A DNA stretch of 64,000 nt, taken from Candidatus Micrarchaeota archaeon. Lineage in GTDB: Archaea > Micrarchaeota > Micrarchaeia > Micrarchaeales > CABMGC01. Shown piece by piece: positions 1 through 9,499 of the stretch. The notes under the pieces are model-generated. The model ran no database searches, had not been told where the DNA came from, and worked only from the letters and a program-made list of their open reading frames with translations. The position numbers were made by a program, and so were the translations under genes. The stretch covers positions 9,640 to 73,639 of the forward strand of contig JAJZJQ010000001.1 of NCBI GenBank assembly GCA_021851065.1. The letters are read 5' to 3'. The stretch's first letter is position 1. Each line of letters begins with the position of its first letter.

Positions 1-158
1 ACAGTATTGTAATTGATCTTGGTACGTTTCCTGTTTATGGCAGTACTTTTAGCAGTGCGAAGAGACCGTTGGTGGAAGATCTGTGAAGGTCAGTTGCAGG
101 TATTCTGGCTTAACGCGTAAGGCAGTCCATGCAACAGAGCGTATTGCAAGGCTGGCGT

Positions 159-1205
159 CTACTCGACCTTGCTGAATTCCCTTCCGCGATGAGCCTGGCG
201 CTCTATCATCCAGTTGGGATACATAGTCTTTGGCTGGGTCATGGAATTGAGATCGTCAAGCTGCTGCCTGGTCAGGTTTACATCAAGCGCGGCGATATTC
301 TCGTTTAGCTGGTCTATGGTCTTTGCGCCAAGTATGATTATGCTTTTACGGGAGAGCAGCCATGCCAGCGAAATTTGAGAAGGCGTGGCGCCTTGCTCCT
401 TTGCGATCTCCTTGACCTTCTGTACCACCAAAAAGCCTGTCTCGAAGTCGAATGGAGGGAATGTGTCCTTGCCCCATGCCCCGCCCCTGTTTGCCATCCT
501 TGTGCCAGAGGCTGGTGAGGAGTCCTTGTCGTACTTCCCAGACAGAATGCCGCCGTGCAGAGGGCTCCAGACAAGGAGCGTCATGCCGCTGTAGTCAAGG
601 AACGGATAAACTTCATGCTCTATGTCACGATTTAGAAGGCTGTAGTTCATCTGCGCAGTCTGATATCGCGAGTGGCCCGTGGCTTCGCATTTTGCCTGCA
701 GATATGCCATCTGCCAGGCGGAGAAGTTTGACACGCCAGGATAGAGCACTTTGCCCTGGTTCACAAGCCTCTGCATGGCTTCGATTGATTCGTTTATAGG
801 AACATACGGATCCCATGAGTGGAACTGGTAGAAGTCGATCCAGCTTGTCTGCAGTCTTTCGAGGCTCTTCCTTACACTTATCTCGATGTGATGCTTTGAA
901 AGGCCCACCGAGTTTACCCCCTGTCCCATCTTGCCTCTTACCTTTGTTGCAAGTAGCACCTGGTCCCTGTAGTCTTTTAAGGCGTTGCCCAAAAGCATCT
1001 CGCTGCCGCCTTCATCGTATACATCGGCAGTGTCAAAAAAGTTGATGCCTGCGTCTATGCACCCCTTGACCATCCTGTTTGCAAGTTCCTGGTCCACTCC
1101 GGCAAGTTTCATGGTGTTCTTGGTTCCAAACGTCATGGCCCCAAAAGCAAGCACCGAGGAATGTGCACCTGTGTTGCCGACCCTGATATATTTCATGTTT
1201 GTCAT
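159..1205 (-). CDS. aldo/keto reductase family oxidoreductase
   Basis: 348-aa ORF; GAMTFG...INFFDTADVYDEGGSEMLLGNAL...LATKV motifs and length typical of AKR (Kv-beta-like) enzymes. Confidence 0.85.
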   Translation of the reverse strand: MTNMKYIRVGNTGAHSSVLAFGAMTFGTKNTMKLAGVDQELANRMVKGCIDAGINFFDTADVYDEGGSEMLLGNALKDYRDQVLLATKVRGKMGQGVNSVGLSKHHIEISVRKSLERLQTSWIDFYQFHSWDPYVPINESIEAMQRLVNQGKVLYPGVSNFSAWQMAYLQAKCEATGHSRYQTAQMNYSLLNRDIEHEVYPFLDYSGMTLLVWSPLHGGILSGKYDKDSSPASGTRMANRGGAWGKDTFPPFDFETGFLVVQKVKEIAKEQGATPSQISLAWLLSRKSIIILGAKTIDQLNENIAALDVNLTRQQLDDLNSMTQPKTMYPNWMIERQAHRGREFSKVE

Positions 1206-1292
1206 GTAAAAACAGTTAGTTAGTAATTATAGCATATAAAATAGTTGCCATTGGAATCGGTTTACTGGATTGCCATATCTTGAACCGATGGC

Positions 1293-2906
1293 TTAATCCC
1301 TGAACTCATCTCTCATTTTCATCTGTCTTCTCTTCCTGTTGTACCGAATGGAGAAGTTGTGGGTTGCATCCCTTATGCCCCTTATAAGCAGCATCATCTT
1401 GCTGTTGTTGTCAAATCGCCTTGGGATGGACTCGTTGGGAAGGTATATCTCCTCGAGCTTCTTTGCAAGGCCTATGGCAGGTATTTTAAGACCAAGCGAA
1501 GTTAAGGACTGGATGGCGCTATCCAGCTGCTCCATCCCCCCATCTATAAGTATCAGATCAGGCATCTTGGCCTTCTCTTCCAGGAGCCGCTTGTACCTCC
1601 TGTAGATGACCTCCCTCATGCTCGCAAAGTCATCTGTGCCACTGACAGTGCGCATCCTGAACTTCCTGTAGCCGCTCTTGTCTGGTTTCGCGTTTACAAA
1701 GCGCACCATGCCGGAGACTATATGCTCCCTACCAAGGTTGGAAATGTCAAACGATTCTATAACAGCAGGTATTGTAGGGAGATTGAGGGCTTCCTTCAGA
1801 TCTACCAGGGCGCTGTCATGTTCCATGTTTGCCTCTATGTTCTTTGCTGCAAGTTCGACAAGGGCCTTCTTTTCACCTTTTATCGGAATAGTTATGGATA
1901 CTGCGGCGCCCCGCAGTCTTGCAAGAAATTCCTCTAGCGCAGCTTTCTCCTCACCGTCTGTCCAGCATTCCTTTCCAAGTATTATTTCACGCGGGATCTG
2001 GTTTGATGAGTAGAATGCCTTTAGGAACTCCTGCTCGAAGTTCTCCTGGTTATCGGTCTCGAAATCCTTCTTGCCTAGAAGCACGCCTCTCCTGATGCCC
2101 ATCTGCACGGCAAGCACCCTATCGCCGAGCTTCTTGAAGGCCAGCACATCCTGGTCGTAATTCCGCTCATGGTCTACAATCTGCTTGCTTGATAGTGCGC
2201 CTATGCTATAGAGTTTGTTTCTCAGCTCGAGGGCGCGCTCGTATCTTCCTTGCCTTGATTCCTCGTTCATCTGCAACGTCAATTCGCCAACGGTCTTGCT
2301 GGTGTCACCTTTGAGAAATGCCCTTGCACCCTCCACCTGAGCCCCATACTCGACCTCGTTAACCCTGCCTATGCACGGAGCTGTGCAGATGCCTATGTGG
2401 TAGTTGAGGCACGCCCTCTTTGGCATCGTCCTGCAGGTCCTTAGCTTGAATATGCTTACTATCAGTTTTTGTATCTCCCTTCGCTTCCCCGCATCAGTAT
2501 ATGGACCGAATGAGTCAAATGCTGTGCCAGTCTTCCTGCTTGAAAAGACCCTTGGGAACTTATCCTTTGTAAGGGCTATGTACGCGAATGTCTTTGCATC
2601 TTTCAAGTCTATGTTGTACTTGGGGGAATGTAGCTTTATCATCTTGTTTTCAAGAAGCAGGGCCTCGACTTCGCTGCGCACAACTATCCAGTCTATGCTC
2701 CTTATGTTTGACACCAGATGCCTTGTCTTTATCGGAAGTCTTTGCGCACTTGAAAAATAGTTGCTGACCCTGTGCCTTAGGTTCTTGGCCTTCCCGCAAT
2801 ATATTATCTTGCCATCAAGATCCCTGAACAGGTATACACCTGGGTCAGTAGGTACCTGGGTAGAATCGAATCCCGATGCACCGTTTATCTGCATCATTAT
2901 CATCAC
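1293..2906 (-). CDS. uvrC: excinuclease ABC subunit C
   Basis: N-terminal GIY-YIG motif (GVYLFRD..IIYCGKAKNLRHRVSNYF); length and C-terminal endonuclease/HhH-like region fit UvrC; start overlaps the uvrA stop by 4 nt (ATGA). Confidence 0.9.
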   Translation of the reverse strand: MMIMMQINGASGFDSTQVPTDPGVYLFRDLDGKIIYCGKAKNLRHRVSNYFSSAQRLPIKTRHLVSNIRSIDWIVVRSEVEALLLENKMIKLHSPKYNIDLKDAKTFAYIALTKDKFPRVFSSRKTGTAFDSFGPYTDAGKRREIQKLIVSIFKLRTCRTMPKRACLNYHIGICTAPCIGRVNEVEYGAQVEGARAFLKGDTSKTVGELTLQMNEESRQGRYERALELRNKLYSIGALSSKQIVDHERNYDQDVLAFKKLGDRVLAVQMGIRRGVLLGKKDFETDNQENFEQEFLKAFYSSNQIPREIILGKECWTDGEEKAALEEFLARLRGAAVSITIPIKGEKKALVELAAKNIEANMEHDSALVDLKEALNLPTIPAVIESFDISNLGREHIVSGMVRFVNAKPDKSGYRKFRMRTVSGTDDFASMREVIYRRYKRLLEEKAKMPDLILIDGGMEQLDSAIQSLTSLGLKIPAIGLAKKLEEIYLPNESIPRRFDNNSKMMLLIRGIRDATHNFSIRYNRKRRQMKMRDEFRD

Positions 2907-5755
2907 CGGGACAGGATTGGTTTTAGGAACTGGCCGGTGTATGAGCTTTTTGTACTTGCTATCTCCTCAGGTGTGCCTGCTGCAACTACCCTTCCGCCTG
3001 CCTCGCCGCCTTCCGGGCCCAGGTCCAGGATATAATCGCAGCACTTTATGACATCCAGATTATGCTCTATTACAAATACGGTATTCCCTTTATTGACAAG
3101 GCCGTTCAGCACGCTTATGAGTTTTTTGGTGTCATCGAAGTGCAGCCCTGTGGTAGGTTCGTCTAGCATGTAGACAACGTGGCCCTGCTTGTTCTTGCTG
3201 AGTTCGCGGGATATCTTAACCCTCTGGCTTTCGCCACCGGAGAGGGTTGTGGCGCTCTGGCCCAGTTTTATGTATCCAAGACCGACCTCAAGCAGGGTTC
3301 TTAGCTTCCTTTCTATTGAAGGTATGTTCTGGAAGAAGAGGTGGGCTTCTTCCACTTCCATGTTCAGCACCTCGGAAATGTTCTTTCCCTTGTAGAGCAC
3401 TGCAAGGGTCTCCTTGTTGTATCTCTTGCCGTGGCATTCGTTGCACTGGACGTATACATCAGGAAGGAAATTCATCTCTATCTTTAGTACTCCATCGCCC
3501 TGGCATGTCTCGCATCTGCCTCCCTTGACATTGAATGAGAAGCGGCCCTCGTCGTAGCCCCTTACCTGCGACTCCTTTGTAGATGCAAAAAGCTTCCTTA
3601 TATCGTCAAACAGCTTCGTGTATGTTGCAGGATTGCTCCTTGGAGTGCGGCCTATTGGATCCTGGTCTATTACTATTACATTCTGCACGGCCTTTGGGAC
3701 ATCGAAGCTTGAATATTCTCCGATCTTTTCAGTCTGCTCGCCGAATTTCTTCTTGAGAAGGGGCATCGCCGTCTGGTTCATAAGCGTGCTCTTTCCGGAC
3801 CCGGATACCCCAGTTATCCCGCACAGTACGCCTAGTGGCAATTCTACTGAGATGTTCTTTAGGTTGTTTTCCCTTGCACCTTTTATCTTTACGAAGCCTG
3901 AAGGCTTTCTACGAGCTTTTGGCGTCTCTATTTTAAGCTGGCCGGACAGGTAGCTGCCTGTCAGGCTGCTTTTGCTTGACGCTATCTCTTTTGGAGTGCC
4001 CTGCGCGGTGATGTGGCCCCCGTGGGCACCAGCTCCGGGGCCCATGTCAACGATGTAGTCTGCAGCAAGTATGGTATCAAGATCATGCTCTACTACAATT
4101 AGGGTGTTTCCGATGTCCCGCAGCCCGTGAAGCGTGCGGATTAGCTTTGCATTGTCTCTTTGGTGCAGGCCTATGCTTGGCTCGTCAAGGATATATAGTA
4201 CGCCCATAAGATTGCTGCCTATCTGCGTGGCGAGGCGTATCCTCTGGGCTTCTCCCCCTGACAGGGTCTTTGCGCTTCTGGACAGGGACAGGTAGCCGAG
4301 GCCCACGTTCTTTAGGAACCCAAGCCGCTCGTTTACCTCCTTTAGCACAGGTCTTGCTATGGTAAACTCGTCTTCGGAAAGCTTTGAGGGCAGATTGCCA
4401 AAGAACCCTATTGATTCGTCTATGCTAAGGTCAGTCGCATCGATTATGCTCTTGCCCTGTATTTTTACTGCGAGGACTACAGGTTTTAGCTTCTTTGCGC
4501 TGCAGGCTGCGCATGGATCTGATTTCATGAATTTTTCTATTTCCTCTTTGCGCCATTCGCTTTCAGTCTCCCGGTATAACCTCATGGTCTGCGGTATGAC
4601 TCCTTCAAATCCCGCAGCGTGGTTATGCCACCTTCGTGAACCATCCCCCTCAGGTTCCCTGTCACCATAAAGAATTACGTCAAGCTGCTTGCTGCTGAGA
4701 TCTTTTATTGGAGTCCAGACGTCAAAGCCGTGTCTTTTCCCTGCCTCCGCAATCTGCTGCGCGCGCCAGCCAAGGTCAAATTTACCATATATAGCAATTG
4801 CCCCGTCCATTATGGATTTAGCAGGGTCAGGTATGAGCAGGCCCGTAGACAGCTCTGTTATCTCCCCAAGACCATGACAGGAGGGGCATGCGCCAAACGG
4901 GCTGTTGAATGAGAACATCCTCGGCTCAAGGCTTTCGAAGACTATCTCGGGATGCCTTGGGCATGCGCCGAACGTGCTGTACGATGTTTCGCCGGAAAAC
5001 CTGTCCAGCTCTTTTTTCTTGGCGTCATCGGTCTTTTTGCTTATTACAATCATCTTCCCTTTCCCAACAAGAAGAGCCTGCTCTACGGCCTCTGCGATCC
5101 TTGATCTTTCTTCGTCCGCTATCCTTACAGTGTCTATCACCGCCTCTATCCAATGCTTTTCATATCGAGCAAGCTTGACTTCACTGCTTACAGTATCTGA
5201 GGCGTATATTTTTTGGTCAACCCTTATCTTCGAGAAACCCTGCTTTTTGAGGTCGGCAATAACCTGTTCGTGTGTGCCTTTTTGGCCTCTCAAGACAGGA
5301 GCCAGGAATATGAGCGTTTCGCCTTTGGACGCCATCACAAGGCTTGTTATGTTCTCTGCGCTCTGGGGTTTTATAGAGCTGTTGCATTTGGGGCAGTGGT
5401 GCGTTCCCACCCTTGCATACAGCAGCCTTAGGTAATCATAGATTTCGGTTACGGTGCCTACGGTGGAACGCGGATTCTTGTTTGTGGTTTTCTGCTCTAT
5501 GCTGATTGCAGGGGAAAGACCGTCTATGCTGTCTACGTCAGGCTTGTCCATCAGCCCCAGGAACTGCCTTGCATATGCTGAAAGGCTTTCGACATACCGC
5601 CTCTGGCCTTCGGCATAGATCGTATCGAATGCAAGAGTGGATTTGCCGGATCCTGAAAGCCCCGTTATGACTATGAGCTTGTTTCTTGGCAGCTCTACAT
5701 CTATGTTCTTTAGATTGTGCTCTCTTGCACCTTTTATGAATATGTTATCGCGCAT
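2903..5755 (-). CDS. uvrA: excinuclease ABC subunit A
   Basis: 950 aa; two ABC halves (Walker A GLSGSGKSTL and GVSGSGKSTL; signatures LSGGEAQR and LSGGESQR); CxxC zinc modules. Confidence 0.95.
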   Translation of the reverse strand: MRDNIFIKGAREHNLKNIDVELPRNKLIVITGLSGSGKSTLAFDTIYAEGQRRYVESLSAYARQFLGLMDKPDVDSIDGLSPAISIEQKTTNKNPRSTVGTVTEIYDYLRLLYARVGTHHCPKCNSSIKPQSAENITSLVMASKGETLIFLAPVLRGQKGTHEQVIADLKKQGFSKIRVDQKIYASDTVSSEVKLARYEKHWIEAVIDTVRIADEERSRIAEAVEQALLVGKGKMIVISKKTDDAKKKELDRFSGETSYSTFGACPRHPEIVFESLEPRMFSFNSPFGACPSCHGLGEITELSTGLLIPDPAKSIMDGAIAIYGKFDLGWRAQQIAEAGKRHGFDVWTPIKDLSSKQLDVILYGDREPEGDGSRRWHNHAAGFEGVIPQTMRLYRETESEWRKEEIEKFMKSDPCAACSAKKLKPVVLAVKIQGKSIIDATDLSIDESIGFFGNLPSKLSEDEFTIARPVLKEVNERLGFLKNVGLGYLSLSRSAKTLSGGEAQRIRLATQIGSNLMGVLYILDEPSIGLHQRDNAKLIRTLHGLRDIGNTLIVVEHDLDTILAADYIVDMGPGAGAHGGHITAQGTPKEIASSKSSLTGSYLSGQLKIETPKARRKPSGFVKIKGARENNLKNISVELPLGVLCGITGVSGSGKSTLMNQTAMPLLKKKFGEQTEKIGEYSSFDVPKAVQNVIVIDQDPIGRTPRSNPATYTKLFDDIRKLFASTKESQVRGYDEGRFSFNVKGGRCETCQGDGVLKIEMNFLPDVYVQCNECHGKRYNKETLAVLYKGKNISEVLNMEVEEAHLFFQNIPSIERKLRTLLEVGLGYIKLGQSATTLSGGESQRVKISRELSKNKQGHVVYMLDEPTTGLHFDDTKKLISVLNGLVNKGNTVFVIEHNLDVIKCCDYILDLGPEGGEAGGRVVAAGTPEEIASTKSSYTGQFLKPILSR

Positions 5756-7694
5756 TCTTCTTCCCCCCAGATAGCTGCTTCATTTCCTCTATCCTGTCTC
5801 TTAATTCTATCGCCTTTTCGAATTCCAGGTTCTCCGCAAAAAGCTTCATCTGGGCATCCATCCGTATCAGCTCTTTTTGAACATCCGACTTGCCCAGATG
5901 CCTTATGCCCCTTATGGTAGTCTTCTTCTCCCCGACTTTCTTTATTATGGTCTTTGGAATTATCCCGTACTTCTTGTTGTAGCGTATCTGCGCAAGCCTT
6001 CTTTGCAGGGTTATTTGCATTGCGCTCTTTATAGACTTTGTCATCACGTCTGCAAATAGGACTACTCTTCCGTCGACGTTGCGTGCCGCCCTCCCTATTG
6101 TCTGTATAAGGCTCCTTTCGTCCCTGAGGAATCCTTCCTTGTCCGCATCGAGTATGAAGATAGTGCCAACTTCTGGTATGTCCAGTCCTTCCCTTAGCAG
6201 GTTTATGCCGACGAGTACGTCGAATTCGCCAAGGCGCAGCTGGCGTATGAGCTCAATGCGCTCAAGGCTCTCTATCTCGCTGTGCAGATATCTTACCTTG
6301 AACCCCTCCTTTGAAAGAAAGTCAGTGAGGTCCTCTGCCGACTTCTTGGTAAGAGTTGTTACAAGCACCCGGTTGCCGTTGCCTATTGTCTGCCTTGCCT
6401 GCCCCATCAGGTATTTCATCTGGCCTTCCATGGGCCTTACTTCAACAGTTGGATCCAGCAGGCCGGTTGGACGCGTGATTAGATCCACTTTCTGGCCGCT
6501 TTTAGACAGTTCATACTCAGCCGGAGTAGCCGAGACGAATAGGGTTGTGCCCAGCTTGGACTCGAACTCCACGAACTTTAGCGGCCTGTTGTCAAATGCG
6601 CTGGGCAGCCTGAAGCCGAAGTCCACGAGGTTCTTCTTTCGCATGTAGTCCCCGTTGTACATGGCCCTTGCCTGGGGAATCGTCTGGTGGCTCTCATCTA
6701 TTATGGTAAGAAAATCCGAAGGGAAATAATCCAGTAGGACGAATGGGGGCTCTCCAGGAGCCCTTCCGTCAAAATGCCTGCTGTAATTTTCTATGCCGTT
6801 TGTGTAGCCCATCTCGTTTATCATCTCTAGGTCATACTTTACCCTTTTCTCGAGCCTTTGGGCTTCAAGCTCTGCAAGCTTTGGAAGTTGCTGCTGCAGC
6901 TCCTTTTTGATTGATTCTATTGCCACCTGCTGCTTTTCTGGAGGTATCACGAACTGCCGTGCAGGATAGATTACGATGTCGGTTATGCTGCAAACCATGT
7001 CCCCAGTAATCGGATTGATCTCTTTTATGCTTGCGATTTCAGGGCCTTCGAGTTCTATGCGTATTATGTGGTTTTCATATGCAGGTATCACGTCTATCGT
7101 GTCGCCGCGCACCCTAAAGCCCCCTGGCTCCAGGTTCTGGTTGTTCCTTTTGTATTGAATCCCGATGAGAGAGCGCAGCAGGACCTCCCTGCTTGTTTCG
7201 TTGCCCACTTTCAGCACGACAGACATCTTCTTGAAATCCGCGGGGTCGCCTATCCCGTATATGCAGCTTATGCTTGCGACCACTATGGTATCCCTGCGGC
7301 TCACAAGGCTTGATACCGCATGGAGCCTCATATGGTCTATCTGCTCGTTTACTGAAGAATCCTTTTCTATGTATGTGTCGGTAGTGGGAAGGTAGGATTC
7401 TGGCTGATAGTAGTCGTAGTAGGACACGAAGTACTCCACCCTGTTCTGTGGGAAGAACTCCTGCAGCTCTGTGTAAAGCTGTGCTGCAAGCGTCTTGTTG
7501 TGCGCGATTATTAGCGTGGGCTTCTGGAGACGCTCTATGACATTTGCCATCACAAAGGTCTTTCCGCTGCCAGTTATGCCAAGCAGAGTCTGTTTTCCAT
7601 GCTTTGCAAATCCGCTTGCCAGTTGGCTTATTGCCTGCTGCTGGCCCGGAGAAACCTTAAAGTGAGACTTTAGCATGAATCCCATGGTAATCAC
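5745..7694 (-). CDS. uvrB: excinuclease ABC subunit B
   Basis: 649 aa; helicase motif I GITGSGKTF; C-terminal UVR domain (LEFEKAIELRDRIEEMK); overlaps the uvrA start. Confidence 0.95.
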   Translation of the reverse strand: MITMGFMLKSHFKVSPGQQQAISQLASGFAKHGKQTLLGITGSGKTFVMANVIERLQKPTLIIAHNKTLAAQLYTELQEFFPQNRVEYFVSYYDYYQPESYLPTTDTYIEKDSSVNEQIDHMRLHAVSSLVSRRDTIVVASISCIYGIGDPADFKKMSVVLKVGNETSREVLLRSLIGIQYKRNNQNLEPGGFRVRGDTIDVIPAYENHIIRIELEGPEIASIKEINPITGDMVCSITDIVIYPARQFVIPPEKQQVAIESIKKELQQQLPKLAELEAQRLEKRVKYDLEMINEMGYTNGIENYSRHFDGRAPGEPPFVLLDYFPSDFLTIIDESHQTIPQARAMYNGDYMRKKNLVDFGFRLPSAFDNRPLKFVEFESKLGTTLFVSATPAEYELSKSGQKVDLITRPTGLLDPTVEVRPMEGQMKYLMGQARQTIGNGNRVLVTTLTKKSAEDLTDFLSKEGFKVRYLHSEIESLERIELIRQLRLGEFDVLVGINLLREGLDIPEVGTIFILDADKEGFLRDERSLIQTIGRAARNVDGRVVLFADVMTKSIKSAMQITLQRRLAQIRYNKKYGIIPKTIIKKVGEKKTTIRGIRHLGKSDVQKELIRMDAQMKLFAENLEFEKAIELRDRIEEMKQLSGGKKNAR

Positions 7695-7777
7695 TAGTAG
7701 CTTGCCTTTCTTATTTTGATTTCAAGAATTAATAACTTTGTCTTGATAATCGCATGCAGGCCAAAACGGCCATGGGG

Positions 7778-8794
7778 TCAGGAGTGGCCGGCAAGCCTTG
7801 CGCTCTTTCTGCGGTATAGGGCCATCGATATGGCCCATGTTATGACGAATATGCTTACTATCCCGATGCCCAGTATGCCGAAATCCAGGTTTTCGACATA
7901 GCTCCAAAGGCCCCCGTTAAGGTTGAACTCTATTGCCACAGCCTGGATCCACTCTACGCCGCCTATAAAGAAAGCCACAAGAACCGAGGCAGCAGTTATG
8001 GTCATGTTGTAATATATCTTCTTTAGCGCATTGCTGAAAGCCCAGTTGTATGCGTGCAGCATTACCACGCTGTCTGCAGTATCCAGTAGCGTCATTCCGG
8101 CAGTGAACATTATCGGGAGAACCATCACGTATGCTACCGGCATGTTTGCCGCAGCAATGCCGGTAATGGCAATAAGCGCCACTTCTGTAGCTGTATCAAA
8201 GCCCAGGCCAAAAAGGAATCCTACGGGATACATCTGCCAGCTGCGTTCTATGAACTTAAAGCGCTTGCCGAAGATCCTGTTCATAAGCCCCCTTTTGTCG
8301 AGAAGCTCGTTGAGGCGCTCCTGGTCGTATTTCTCCACGCTGAGCTTTCTGTAGAGCCTGTATATGTCTATGAATATCAGTACGTTGAGGATGCCGATGA
8401 CATAAAGAAAGAGCGCGGATACGGTTGTGCCGACTATCGCGCCCATGTTCTCAAGCGATGGTATGCTGTGGGCAACAAGTGTGCTTGCAATTACAAGGCC
8501 AAGTGAGAGAAGCACGACCACGGTAGAGTGGCCCAGTGAGAAGAACAGTCCTACGCCAACGGGCTTCTTTTTTTCCTGGACTAGCTTTCTTGTGGTGTTG
8601 TCTATTGCAGCTATGTGGTCGGCATCAAAGGCATGCCTCATGCCCAGGGTGTATGCTAGTATGCCTAGCCCCAGGAGCTTTGCGTAGAGCCCGCCCACAT
8701 AGAAGAGTGAAAGCCAGGCAGCAATGTTGAATGCGATAAGGAATGCAGCAGTCCATGCAAGCCAGAACCCGTAGGTGCCTTTGTTTGATAGCAT
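7778..8794 (-). CDS. NiCoT-family nickel/cobalt transporter (HoxN/NixA-like)
   Basis: 338-aa polytopic protein with NiCoT signatures RHAFDADHIAAIDNTTRK and GLGFDTATE; TATA-like tataaata at about 8816-8824 roughly 26 nt upstream of the start. Confidence 0.85.
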   Translation of the reverse strand: MLSNKGTYGFWLAWTAAFLIAFNIAAWLSLFYVGGLYAKLLGLGILAYTLGMRHAFDADHIAAIDNTTRKLVQEKKKPVGVGLFFSLGHSTVVVLLSLGLVIASTLVAHSIPSLENMGAIVGTTVSALFLYVIGILNVLIFIDIYRLYRKLSVEKYDQERLNELLDKRGLMNRIFGKRFKFIERSWQMYPVGFLFGLGFDTATEVALIAITGIAAANMPVAYVMVLPIMFTAGMTLLDTADSVVMLHAYNWAFSNALKKIYYNMTITAASVLVAFFIGGVEWIQAVAIEFNLNGGLWSYVENLDFGILGIGIVSIFVITWAISMALYRRKSARLAGHS

Positions 8795-8929
8795 GATAAG
8801 AACGTGCCGTGTAACGTATAAATAGCGCGGGCCCAGTGGCCGTGGATCTGCTGGAAGGCGTGCATGATGGCCGTTTCGCAGGCGTGCTGCCTTTGCCGAT
8901 TCGCGCAGCCGTTAGATGTAACATTTTTA

Positions 8930-8952
8930 TATATATCATAATATGATATATA
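8930..8952. promoter_or_regulatory. perfect 23-bp palindrome (11-bp arms, central A at 8941) overlapping the TATA box and start of the PadR::TRASH gene; candidate operator
   Basis: Checked base by base: tatatatcata-a-tatgatatata, positions 8930-8940 pair with 8952-8942; it sits inside the A/T-rich box tttttatatatat (8924-8936). Confidence 0.7.
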
Positions 8953-9377
8953 GTATGCCGGATATAGAGATAAAGAACTTGGTTAAGCTGTTCACTGTCC
9001 TGCTGCTTAGCGAGGATGGACAGTCGGGGTACGACATAATGAAGAATGTGGGAAGCAGGCTTGGGAGGAAGGCTAGCCCAGGTCAGATATATCCTTTCCT
9101 CAAGCAGCTTGAGCGCCACGGATATGTCACAGCAGGAGAGCGTGCGGGGCGGGACAGGCAGGCTTATTATCTTACTGCAGATGGGAAAAAGTTCGTAAGA
9201 CGGCTCTCTGAGAGGTTCGGCGATGTCTTTGATATGGTCATAAAGCCAAGGCTTACGGTATGTGCGCACTGCAGTTGCGAGATATACAAGGGCGCATATG
9301 TGGAAAAGATAGGAGGCAGGCCGCTGAGCTTTTGCTGTGAGAACTGCGCCAGAGGCTACAGAGCCCTGAATAGATGA
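8943..9377 (+). CDS. PadR-family winged-helix regulator fused to a C-terminal TRASH metal-binding domain
   Basis: PadR-like core (GYDIM...SPGQIYPFLKQLERHGYV...YYLTADGKKF); C-terminal CAHC-x20-CCENC fits the TRASH pattern C-x2-C-x19-22-C-x3-C; the alternative start ATG 8955 would be leaderless relative to the TATA. Confidence 0.8.
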   Translation: MIYSMPDIEIKNLVKLFTVLLLSEDGQSGYDIMKNVGSRLGRKASPGQIYPFLKQLERHGYVTAGERAGRDRQAYYLTADGKKFVRRLSERFGDVFDMVIKPRLTVCAHCSCEIYKGAYVEKIGGRPLSFCCENCARGYRALNR

Positions 9378-9499
9378 TGTTGGCGAGAGCATGGTAAATG
9401 CAATTGCTTTTTACGTCGGCATGGTTTCGGTGCAGGCACAGTGCGATATGCTGCAGGAGGATTGTCAAATAGGCAGGTCGTTTTTGGTATGGTGAATTT

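Noticed and set aside
1-86. Open frame running off the left edge and ending at TGA 84-86 (..IVIDLGTFPVYGSTFSSAKRPLVEDL*)
   Set aside because: Only 27 codons are visible and there is no recognisable motif, so it cannot be supported as a gene end.
8625-9392. 255-aa minus-strand ORF spanning the NiCoT 5' end, the intergenic promoter region and the whole PadR::TRASH gene
   Set aside because: It runs through an A/T-rich promoter and palindrome and lies antisense to a gene with clear PadR and TRASH motifs. Its own translation has no recognisable features.
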